Shown: piece by piece, positions 14,101 to 24,990 of the stretch
Layout of the letters: each line of letters starts with the position of its first letter
Numbering within the stretch: the stretch's first letter is position 1
From: Squalus acanthias
Taxonomy: Eukaryota
Length of the DNA: 64,000 nucleotides
Assembly: GCA_030390025.1 (NCBI GenBank)
Contig: CM059432.1
Location: 108,688,001 to 108,752,000, forward strand
Direction: 5' to 3'
Position numbers and translations under genes: made by a program
Notes under the pieces: generated by a model
Seen by the model: only the letters and a program-made list of their open reading frames with translations
The model's database searches: none
Told to the model about the DNA's origin: nothing

Positions 14101-17100
14101 GCCCCGATCCTTCCCCCCCTCGATACTCCGGCCCCGATCCTTCCACTCTCGATACTCCGGCCCCGATCCTTCCACTCTCGATACTCCGGCCCCGATCCTT
14201 CCACCCTCGATACTCCGGCCCCGATCCTTCCACCCCCCCTCGATACTCCGGCCCCGATCCTTCCACCCTCGATACTCCGGCCCCGATCCTTCCCCCCACC
14301 GATACTCCGGCCCCGATCCTTCCCCCCCCCCCCCGATACTCCGGCCCCGATCCTTCCCCCCCCGATACTCCGGCGCCGATCCTTCCCCCCCCCCGATACT
14401 CCGGCCCCGATCCTTCCACTCTCGATACTCCGGCCCTGATCCTTCCATTCCCGATACTCCGGCCCCGATCCTTCCACTCTCGATACTCCGGCCCCGATCC
14501 TTCCATTCCCTATACTCCGGCCCCGATCCTTCCCCCCTCGATACTCCGGCCCTGATCCTTCCAATCCCGATACTCCGGCCGCGATCCTTCCACTCTCGAT
14601 GCTCCGGCCCCAATCCTTCCCCCCCTCGATACTCCGGCCCCGATCCTTCCACTCTCGATACTCCGGCCCCGATCCTTCCCCCCCTCGATACTCCGGCCCT
14701 GATCCTTCCATTCCCGATACTCCGGCCCCGATCCTTCCACTCTCGATACTCCGGCCCCGATCCTTCCCCCCCTCGATACTCCGGCCCTGATCCTTCCATT
14801 CCCGATACTCCGGCCCCGATCCTTCCCCCCCTCGATACTCCGGCCCCGATCCTTCCACTCTCAATACTCCGGCCCCGATCCTTCCCCCCCTCGATACTCC
14901 GGCCCCGATCCTTCCCCCCCTCGATACTCCGGCCCCGATCTTTACCCCCGTCGATACTCCGGCCCCGATCCTTCCACTCTCGATACTCCGGCCCCGATCC
15001 TTCCATTCCCGATACTCCGGCCCCGATCCTTCCACTCTCGATACTCCGGCCCCGATCCTTCCATTCCCGATACTCTGGCCCCGATCCTTCCACTCTCGAT
15101 ACTCCGGCCCCGATCCTTCCATTCCCGATACTCCGGCCCCGATCCTTCCACTCTCGATACTCCGGCCCCGATCCTCCCATCCCCGATACTCCGGCCCCGA
15201 TCCTTCCCCCCCTCGATACTCCGGCTCCGATCCTTCCATTCCCGATACTCCGGCCCCGATCCTTCCACTCTCGATACTCCGGCCCCGATCCTTCCACCCT
15301 CGATACTCCGGCCCCGATCCTTCCACTCTCGATACTCCGGCCCCGATCCTTCCACCCCCTCGATACTCCGGCCCCGATCCTTCCCCCCCTCGATACTCCG
15401 GCCCCGATCCTTCCCCCCCTCGATACTCCGGCCTCCGATCCTTCCACTCTCGATACTCCGGCCCCGATGCTTCCATTCCCGATACTCCGGCCCCGATCCT
15501 TCCCCCCCCGATACTCCGGCCTCGATCCTTCCACTCTCAATACTCCGGCCCCGATCCTTCCATTCCCGATACTCCGGCCCCGATCCTTCCATTCCCGATA
15601 CTCCGACCCCGATCCTTCCATCCGCGATACTCCGGCCCCGATCCTTCCCCCCCCCCGGTACTCCGGCCCCGATCCTTCCACCCCCGATACTCCGGCCCCG
15701 ATCCTTCCCCCCCCGATACTCCGGCCCCGATACTTCCACCCTCGATACTCCGGCCCCGATCCTTCCACTCTCGATACTCCGACCCCGATCCTCCCATCCC
15801 CGATACTCCGACCCCGATCCTTCCCCCCCCCGATACTCCGACCCCGATCCTTCCCCCCCCTCGATACTCCGACCCCGATCCTTCTATCCCCGATACTCCG
15901 GCCCCGATCCTTCCCCCCCCCGATACTCCGGCCCCGATCCTTCCCCCCCCCCCGGTACTCCGGCCCCGATCCTTCCACCCCCGATACTCCGGCCCCGATC
16001 CTTCCCCCCCCGATACTCCGGCCCCGATCCTTCCACCCCCGATACTCCGGCCCCGATCCTTCCACCCCCGATACTCCGGCCCCGATCCTTCCACCTTCGA
16101 TACTCCGGCCCCGATCCTTCCCCCCCCCCGATACTCCGGCCCCTATCCTCCCACTCTCGATACTCCGGCCCCGATCCTTCCCGCCCCCGATACTCCGACC
16201 CCGATCCTTCCCCCCCCCGATACTCCGGCCCGGATCCTTTCCCCCCCCGATACTCTGGCCCCGATCCTTCCACTCTCGATACTCCGGCCCCGATCCTTCC
16301 ACTCTCGATACTCCGGCCCCGATCCTTCCACCCCCGATACTCCGGCCCCGATCCTTCCCCCCCTCCGATACTCCGGCCCCGATCCTTCCCCCCCCCGATA
16401 CTCCGGCCCCGATCCTTCCACTCTCGATACTCCGGCCCTGATCCTTCCATTCCCGATACTCCGGCCCCGATCCTTCCACTCTCGATACTCCGGCCCCGAT
16501 CCTTCCCCCCCTCGATATTCCGGCCCCAATCCTTCCCCCCCTCGATACTCCGGACCCGATCCTTCCATTCCCGATACTCCGGCCCCGATCCTTCCCCCCC
16601 TCGATACTCCGGCCCCGATCCTTCCCCCCCTCGATACTCCGGCCCCGATCCTTCCACTCTCGATACTCCGGCCCCGATCCTTCCATTCCCGATACTCCGG
16701 CCCCGATCCTTACACTCTCGATACTCCGGCCCCGATCCTTCCATTCTCGATACTCCGGCCCCGATCCTTCCACTCTCGATACTCCGGCCCCGATCCTTCC
16801 ACTCTCGACACTCCGGCCCCGATCCTTCCATTCCCGATACTCCGGCCCCGATCCTTCCACTCTCGATACTCCGGCCCCGATCCTTCCATTCCCGATACTC
16901 CGGCCCCGATCCTTCCACTCTCGATACTCCGGCCCCGATCCTTCCACTCTCGATACTCCGGCCCCGATCCTTCCATTCCCGATACTCCGGCCCTGATCCT
17001 TCCACCCTCGATACTCCGGCCCCGATCCTTCCACCCCCTCGATACTCCGGCCCCGATCCTTCCCCCCCTCGATACTCCGGCCCCGATCCTTCCCCCCCTC

Positions 17101-18015
17101 GATATTCCGGCCCCGATCCTTCCACTCTCGATACTCCGGCCCCGATCCTTCCCCCCCTCGATACTCCGGCCCCGATCCTTCCACTCTCGATACTCCGGCC
17201 CCGATCCTCCCCCCCCCCCCGATACTCCGGCCCCGATCCTTCCCCCCCCGATACTCCGGCCTCGATCCTTCCACTCTCAATACTCCGGCCCCGATCCTTC
17301 CATTCCCGATACTCCGGCCCCGATCCTTCCATTCCCGATACTCCGACCCCGATCCTTCCATCCCCGATACTCCAGCCCCGATCCTTCCCCTCCCGATACT
17401 CCGGCCCCGATCCTTCCCCCCCCCGATACTCCGGCCCCGATCCTTCTATCCCCGATACTCCGGCCCCGATCCTTCCCCTCACCGATACTCCGGCCCCGAT
17501 CCTTGCCCTCCCGATACTCCGGCCCCGATCCTTCTATCCCCGATACTCTGGCCCCGATCCTTCCCCCCCCCGATACTCCGGCCCCGATCCTTCCACTCTC
17601 GATACTCCGGCCCCGATCCTTCCACTCTCGATACGCCGGCCCCGATCCTTCCATCCCCGATACTCCCACCCCGATCCTTCCCCCCCCGATGCTCCGGCCT
17701 CGACCCTTCCACCACCCCCCTGCCCCTCGATGCTTTGATCATGATCCTTCCACCCCCCTGATGCTTCGGCCCCCGACCACCCACTACCCGATCCCTCCGT
17801 CCCTCCTCTCTGCAGCCTCGTGCCGCAGGCCTACCCTCCCGCAGCCAGCCAGCCTCTCCATCTTGCTGGTTGCGGGTAGGAAACAGAGGTTTGAAATGTA
17901 ATCAGGCCCTACCATTAAATTCAGCAGGGCCTGAGGGAAACCGGTTCTCCCAGGTTTCCCAACGCTTTCTAGCCCACCCCTGCGCCCAAACCGCTTCCAT
18001 ATTAAAATTCCAGCC
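5128..18015 (+). mobile_element. Non-autonomous Harbinger-like MITE (family C) containing a 12-kb internal tandem array
   Basis: Ends GGGGGAAATTTTA ... TAAAATTCCAGCC; both arms (5128-5560, 17780-18015) match the reverse complement of 44200-44918. Confidence 0.8.
5654..17700. repeat. Minisatellite/satellite array, unit about 29 bp GATACTCCGGCCCCGATCCTTCC(ACTCTC/ACCCTC/ATTCCC/Cn), roughly 400 units
   Basis: Directly visible tandem periodicity; near-constant core of about 23 bp plus a variable C-rich tail; degenerate units at both edges. Confidence 0.98.
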
Positions 18016-18779
18016 ATTATGTCTGTGCCTCTGATCAACAGAAAGTCTGCTTGTTGAAAATATCATTTGGATTGAAAAACAAGAGTTACTCCTAAAACAC
18101 TTCTTTATTTAGCAGCACTTGCCATTTATTTACTTCCAATACTTTATCTGATCCTATTAATCCTCGGAATTAATGTCATTTAGTTTTAAGCGGTTGTATA
18201 ATATAATAGGGATGTGGAGTAGAGGCCTATTGCTGGCTTTTAGAAGATCCAATTGCACAAAACTCAGTTTAAATTGGCATTTATTATGATTGCTGCAAGT
18301 GAGCAGGAAGCAGGTTTAATTTGGACAGGTCATTGTCTGTGTTGTCCCTGTTGTGCTGAGGGAGCAGCTGGCCAACATGAAAAAATAATGAATGTAGAAG
18401 GTTCATACTTATTTGGTGACCTTTATTTCTTGGGCAGTGAATGCAACGAGAGAGCAAAAGCAGCTCTAATAATTAAAAAAAAGGAAATAACTAGTGATTG
18501 TAACACAGAAGTAGAATGTGCACAACCTATATTTCTTTTACTGTGCAGGAAACCCTAATGTAGCATCTGACACATAAAATGTAACCATGCAGTAAATATC
18601 AGCCCAATGCCATTCCAGAGCAAAATGTCCTTGGTGAACACCACACAAAATGAAATGGATTTCCAAAGGAACAAAATATGCATGATTTTAACACTGAATA
18701 TCCCACCCAGACAATGTGATCCAAGAATATTTTGCAGTGTTTAAACAGAGTCTGAAGTGGCAGAGGTCACTAATGCATC

Positions 18780-19460
18780 CTTTCTATCGACCTACCCCTA
18801 TCTATCTGTATCTACCTACCCACATCTGTTTATTTATCTGTCTGTCTATGTTTGGCTATCTGTCTACCAAACTCTATTTATCTACCTACCCTATCTATCT
18901 AAATACGTGTCACTATTTGAATGTACATTTACATAATTTTCTTTCTCTCCATCTGTATCAATTCCTATTTATCAAGCTATCTGTTTGCCTGTTAATCTAT
19001 CTACGTATCCTTATTTATCTATCTTTGCCAGTCTATCTACCAAACTCTATCAATACCTATCTATCTACTCAACTCTAATCTACCTATTTATGCCTACCTG
19101 GCTATTTATCTGTCTCTGTCTATATCTATGTATCTAACTTATCGCAGTCTATTTATCTACCTATGTCTGTGTCTGATTATCTACCAAACCTATCTATCTA
19201 TGTCTGTATCTATTTATCTACCTATACCTGCCTATCTATCTGTCTATACATAGCTATCGATTCATCTGCCTATTTATCTGTCCAGCTATGTCAATATCTA
19301 TCTCATTCTATCTCTATCTATTCCTATCTACATCTATATCTATTTAATTACCAATTTATGTATCTATCTATCCCTCTATCCCTATCTATCTCTCTATCCC
19401 TATCTATCTCTCTGTCCCTATCTATCTCTCTATCCCTATCTATCAATGCCTAGCTGTCTA
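18780..19460. repeat. Degenerate (TATC)n/(TATCTA)n microsatellite
   Basis: Continuous TATC/TACC/TGTC variants, ending in a short run of CTATCTATCTCTCTATCC repeats. Confidence 0.9.
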
Positions 19461-21004
19461 ATGTATATAAAGTTATGTACATATGTATTAGATTTGTGCA
19501 TTTATAAGTATAATTTTATGCCTGCATGCTGAGCATTTTAATTTAATTTATAGTTTGGCTTATTGTAAAAGGAAATAGTATTTGAGCTGGAAGTAATGAA
19601 ATATAAGCATTATTCAAATGCAAATATCGAACTTCCTGCAGTGACTGTCCTAAATCATATAATAATATGGCTTTATTAGGATTTATCTAGTCACCCATAA
19701 CCAATAATTAAATTCATTCGATTTTGGTAAATGTAACATTTGTGTTAATGAAGAATCAATAAAGCAGGAGGTAAGTTGTGAACTGGAACCACAATATTGT
19801 ACAACTAAACTATATAGAAAAGGAGAAGATTGTAATTTGAAAATGTAAAAATAAAAATTGAAACTAGCCAAACACAGCAATGAATTGTGAAGTGGTGTAG
19901 ATGTTGTAAAGACACAGGAGTATAATTTGGTCTTCATTGCGGCGTTTTGTAAAACAGATGCAAAAAAGTACCAATTTGGGGACACAACATTCTGCACCCA
20001 AAAGACACCTGAGAAACATCTGACCGGAAATTGGGTCGGGACATTATTCAGGCATCCGGGCGACTGCCTAAAATATGCTAATAAGGAGCCTAATGCCTGT
20101 TAAAGGACACTTACAAAAAATTGGGATGCCAATTTTCGGGATGTGGATGAAGCCTAGCCAGAAAGGAATTTCTAGGCCACAGAGTGGCCTCACTGTTTAT
20201 CATAGTAAATGGAGTCATTCTTGTCATCCCATATAGTTCTTGATGTGATTTTCAGTGCAACGCTGTGTTTCCGACTGGCGGCAGAATTTGATAACGAGGA
20301 GAGATTTTTGTCGGTCTGTGCTTGGATCACATGGGTGTAGCGAGTATCGAACAACTGAGTAGGTTGGAGCCCATGTCTGTAAAGGAACATGCATGATTTT
20401 CCTTTCAGTCATTTAACTTGAGGAAAATTGGGCGAGCTCCTTTACTTCACGTCTTCAACCTGCACGATTTTCTGATATTCGCTGAACCCTTGAGATCCAG
20501 TACATCTGGACACAGACCCAGGAAAATCTGTGATGTCTTTTCTCGTATTTGTTTCACTACTTTATCCAGTCAGTATGTTTGTTGGTTAAGTTTTTACGAA
20601 TTAGCGTTGCTGATGCGCAGCTTTAGGCATTGGGAGTGCACATCGGTAATTGGGAAAAGTACCAGATTTCCAGCCCGTGTGATTTTCCAATAATCAAAGA
20701 AAGAAAGAAGGAAATAACTTGCATTTATATGGGGCCGTATTTTGCGGCCCCTACAGAAGCGTACGAGGTGCGTATGTGCCCGTAGGGGCCGCGCAAGTTC
20801 CGGGTTTAGGCATGCAAAGTGTATGCGCTAAAACCCGGCACTTGCGATCTGTCAAGAATCTCCTTGACAGATCCTCCGCATCCCCGGGAAAAGGGCATCC
20901 GCAGGCGGAGAGTTGAGCTATTTGCCCAACTTCTGCCCAGCGAATGTCGGAGAAATTTTTACGCCTGGTAAAAGCAGGCGTAAGGCCTGCGTTTACCAGT
21001 GTAA

Positions 21005-21777
21005 GGGGGAAAAATTCAGCTGCTTGCGCCTCCCGTTAGCGCCTTAAGAGGGCGCTAATGGGGCGTAAAGCAGCTAACGCCCGGGCGCAGCGCCGCCCAC
21101 GCCTCCCGAAAAATTTAGTGGGAGGTTAGCGGCGGCGGCAGCCGGTAGCGCCCTGTGGCGCTGCGCCGCCGGCGATGACGTCATCGCCGTGCGCAGCGCC
21201 CCGCTCGCGCCCCGGCCGTGATCTTCAGTCGCGCCCCCTGATTTACCGCCAGACGCTATGTCCGACGGGTTCAGGGGGGCGTACGTGCGGCCGGGGCGGC
21301 GATATTTAAAGGGGAGGTGGCAGGCGGCCATTTTTGTTGCTGGCCGCCTGCCAGCACCTGCCCCCGTTGCTGTCCCCGGCCCCCGTGAAGCCCCCCCACC
21401 GTGAAGTGCCGGCTGCGCTCCAAGAGCCCGGCACTTCTCTTGAGTGCCGGGCTCTTTTGCCGGCACTCCCGATCCCTGGGGGCCCAGCTGGGCCCCGGTT
21501 CGCGCTGCGCAAGGCCCCTCCCCTTTAAGAAGGGGAGGAAGGCCTGCAATACCGCGGCGCGACGTGCCGCAGCGCGTGGCGCTGCGGCACGTAGCGCCAG
21601 GATATTCACTCGCAGCGCCCCAAGAGGGATGCGGGGTGCTTCCAGTTGCGCCCCGCTTCCCTCTTGGGGCGCAACCACTGAAGTTCCGGCGCGGGGCCGC
21701 TAATTTTTTCGGGGCGCTAAAAGTCGCGCCCCGGCGAGGTTAGCGCCCCAAATGGGGCGCGACTCAATTTTTACCCC
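21005..21777 (+). mobile_element. GC/CpG-rich Harbinger-like MITE (family B)
   Basis: 15-bp imperfect TIRs GGGGGAAAAATTCAG / CTCAATTTTTACCCC flanked by TAA on both sides; arms match 40370-41262 in reverse. Confidence 0.9.
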
Positions 21778-22759
21778 TAAGACTTTTAAAGAACAAGAAA
21801 AATATTTTTTTTCATAATTTATACATTTAGAAACCTGTGAAATAAGGTAAGTTTATTTTTAGCCCCTTTAAAATAGTAAATTTATTTTTCAAAAAATTAA
21901 ATGTTTGTTTTAAATATTTAATTAAATGCCATTTTGATTAATTTTAAATATGTGATTTAAAAAAAAAATTATTTGACGTGTACGTGTATTTTTGGGGGTA
22001 TTCCCATTCATACTATTGGAAGTTGCGTACTTACGGAATCTCCATAAGTATGAATGGGGATCCCTTTCTTTCAATGGTTGGGCTGGCTTGCGAACCGCCT
22101 ACGCCCCTGGGATACGTGGGCCTCTACGCAGGCCTACGTATAGAGACCCAGGAGCACAAGTGTCCGATCCTCCGGGACCATCAGGTAAGTTCGTAGATTT
22201 TTTGCTGGTCATAGAGTCATAGAGTCATAGGGCAGAATTTTCATTGACCTGTGGAGGTGGGTTTGGAGGCGTGGAGGGGGGTTAAAATTGCGAAAACTGG
22301 CGGGCAGGCACAAGCCCGCCTCCATCCCGCCTCCACACAATTTTCATTAAATCGTGTCTGCTGGTCCCGACTCCGTCCCGCCTCCAAGAGGCGGGATAGG
22401 TCGTTAAGACCCTTAACAAGCACTAAATTGCCTCTATAATGCCATTTTGAAAGGCCGTTGTGATTTTAACCCTTTTTCCACGTGTAGCACGCCTATTCTG
22501 AACCAAGAATGTGAAACCTGGTGGTAGCACATTTGGATTGCTGACTATCAGCTGCAGCTCAACCATGAAATAGGAGATGTGATCAGCCATCATTTGCAGT
22601 TGGCAGGACTTTGTTGTCTCAGGTCTGGGGAACTTTTATATGGCATAACCACAGCTGTGGAAGTTTGGAGCCTGACACCCATCTCCAGTGTGACCTCCTG
22701 GGAAACCCCTCTCGCCACCTTGACTGAGCGCTTCCTCAACTGAGGCATATACCAGAAGC

Positions 22760-22985
22760 ATGGGAACCATTTATTTCCTTTCCTCCTGGACATCAGATTC
22801 GAACGAGGACCAGCCGTGGCAGCAGCAGAACCATGAACAACAGCACCACCAGCAGCAGCAGCATCAACAGGAGTGCCAAGCTGCTCCTCACCCACCTGAA
22901 GCTCCACAGGCCAAAAGGTGCCAGCGCGTGACCACATTGCTGCCCGAGATGCAAGGGACGCTCTTGACCAGATTTGCTCAGCCTG
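22760..22985 (+). pseudogene. Harbinger transposase remnant: N-terminus joined to extreme C-terminus, catalytic core deleted
   Basis: [14 protein letters not shown] start as in copy 1; the sequence jumps near 22925 to the equivalent of position ~1535 of copy 1. Confidence 0.8.
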
Positions 22986-23715
22986 CACAATCAAACACTT
23001 TTGCCTCGCACCTTCTTATCAGACCATCGACAATGGCCAGGAACCTGCGGATTCCTATCACTCTGACCACCATACTGACAATTGCATGTCATCCTAAGCC
23101 CTCAATGTGGAAGTCCCATTTGCGAAATGACAGACGCCACAAATTCAGCAGTTTGCCAGCAGAATTTTTAATCACACCAAGCAAGTGCTGGCATTTCAAG
23201 ATTAAACACAACATTACACCCAAGTGACTACCCTTGTGACTACTTGTGCATTATTTTTCTTTTACGCGTGCTCCTATGTGGTGCTTCCCCTGTGGCTTCA
23301 GCAGATGTGGAGGCCCCTTGCTCACTTTCTTGCTGCTCCTGCCTCGACACCTTTGGCGGGCATCCTCTGGGGTTGCAAGCCTGTGAGGGCTCAGCAATCC
23401 TCTCATGGGTCAGCGCCACCTCAGCGCTTGCAAGTGGATTGAGAGCACCTTGCTGCACATCAGGGGGGCCATGGGGACCCGTATCTGCACTGGAAGTCCT
23501 ACTCAGAAGGACTTCCATGAAGGTCTGGTTTCTGTGTTCAATAGATGACCATCGCTCCTCAAGAGATGCCAGTCTATTCTGAACAATGACCATGCTTTCT
23601 ACACTCTGGCGACTTATCTCCTCCATAGCCGTAGCCATCCTCTCCTCTACTGTAGCCATCCTTTCCACGGAGGTTGCCATCCTTTCCGTGGTGATGCGTT
23701 CATGCGCCGTCTGAC

Positions 23716-24990
23716 TAGAAACATAGAAACATAGAAGATAGGAGCAGGAGTCGGCCATTCGGCCCCTCGAGCCTGCTCCGCCATTCGATGAGATCATGGC
23801 TGATCATCCAAACTCAGTACCCTGTACCTGCCTTCTCCCCATATCCCTTGATACCTTTAGCTTTAAGAAATATATCTAACTCATTCTTGAATATATTTAA
23901 TGACTTGGCCTCAACTACCTTCTGAGGTAGAGAATTCCACAGGTTCACCACTCTCTGGGTGAAGAAATTCTTCCTCATTTCTGTCCTAAATGGCTTACCC
24001 GTTCTCCTTAGATTATGACCCCTGGTTCTGGACTCTCTGACCATCGGGAACATTCTTCCTGCATCTAGTTTGTCCAGACCTGTCTGAATTTTATATGTTT
24101 CGATGAGATCCCCTCTCATTCTTCTATACTCCAGCGAGTATAAGCCCAATCGACCCAATCTCTCCTCATATGTCATTCCTGCCATCCCAGGTATCAGCCT
24201 TGTGAATCTTCGCTGAACTCCTTCCATGGCAAGAACATCCTTCCTCAGATAAGGCGACCAAAACTGCACACAGTACTCAAGGTGTGGTCTCACCAAGGCC
24301 CTGTACAACTGCAGCAGGACATCCCTGTTCCTATACTCAAACCCTTTCGCTATGAAGGCCAACATACCATTTGCCTTCTTCACCGCCTGCTGCACCTGCA
24401 TGCTTACCTTCAGCGACTGGTGCACAAGGACACCCAGGCGTCGTTGCACTTCCCCTTCTCCCAATCTATTGCCATTCAGATAATAGTCTGCCTTTCTGTT
24501 TTTGACACCAAAGTGGATAACCTCGCATTTATCCACGTTATATTGCATCTGCCACGCTTCTGCCCACTCACCCAACCTGTCCAGATCATCCTGGAGTTTC
24601 TCGGTATCCTCCTCACAGCACACACGCCCACCCAGCTTTGTGTCATCTGCAAACTTGGAGATATTACATTTAGTTCCCTTATCTAGATCATTAATGTATA
24701 TTGTGAATAGCTGGGGTCCAAGGACCGATCCCTGCGGTACCCCACTAGTCACTGCCTGCCACTCGGAAAAAGACCCATTAATTCCTACTCTCTGCTTTCT
24801 GTCCGCCAACCAGTTCTCTATCCAGGTCAATACCTTGCCCCCAATCCCATGTGCCTTAACTTTGCACGCTAATCTCTTATGCGGGACCTTATCAAAAGCC
24901 TTTTGAAAGTCCAAATACACCACATCTACTGGTTCTCCCTTATCTATTTTCCCAGTTACATCCTCAAAAAATTCCAGTAGATTAGTCAAG
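23716..24990 (-). mobile_element. Young 5'-truncated CR1 LINE
   Basis: Uninterrupted RT frame, 3' stem-loop and (TAGAAACA)n tail; 3' end almost identical to 42338-42588. Confidence 0.95.
23814..24989 (-). CDS. CR1 ORF2 reverse transcriptase, C-terminal 391 aa (fragment, no true start)
   Basis: [44 protein letters not shown] motifs. Confidence 0.85.
   Translation of the reverse strand: MTNLLEFFEDVTGKIDKGEPVDVVYLDFQKAFDKVPHKRLACKVKAHGIGGKVLTWIENWLADRKQRVGINGSFSEWQAVTSGVPQGSVLGPQLFTIYINDLDKGTKCNISKFADDTKLGGRVCCEEDTEKLQDDLDRLGEWAEAWQMQYNVDKCEVIHFGVKNRKADYYLNGNRLGEGEVQRRLGVLVHQSLKVSMQVQQAVKKANGMLAFIAKGFEYRNRDVLLQLYRALVRPHLEYCVQFWSPYLRKDVLAMEGVQRRFTRLIPGMAGMTYEERLGRLGLYSLEYRRMRGDLIETYKIQTGLDKLDAGRMFPMVRESRTRGHNLRRTGKPFRTEMRKNFFTQRVVNLWNSLPQKVVEAKSLNIFKNELDIFLKAKGIKGYGEKAGTGY

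Noticed and set aside
5654..17700. CRISPR-like array (constant repeat plus variable spacer) close to a nuclease gene
   Set aside because: The variable part is only about 6-12 nt drawn from a few recurring C-rich variants, not unique spacers. There are no cas genes, the context is eukaryotic, and the array lies in a separate MITE from the neighbouring transposase.
5477..17784. Very long G/R/E-rich and P-rich ORFs (up to 1863 aa)
   Set aside because: The 29-bp unit has no stop codon in any frame on either strand, so all frames stay open and give the same peptides; homopolymer length changes shift frame freely.
18716..19453. Hydrophobic Y/L/S/I-rich ORFs
   Set aside because: Translations of a degenerate TATC microsatellite.
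21074..21743. Overlapping GC-rich ORFs or a host CpG-island promoter
   Set aside because: Entirely inside a TIR/TSD-bounded MITE; ORFs on both strands reflect stop-codon scarcity at high GC.
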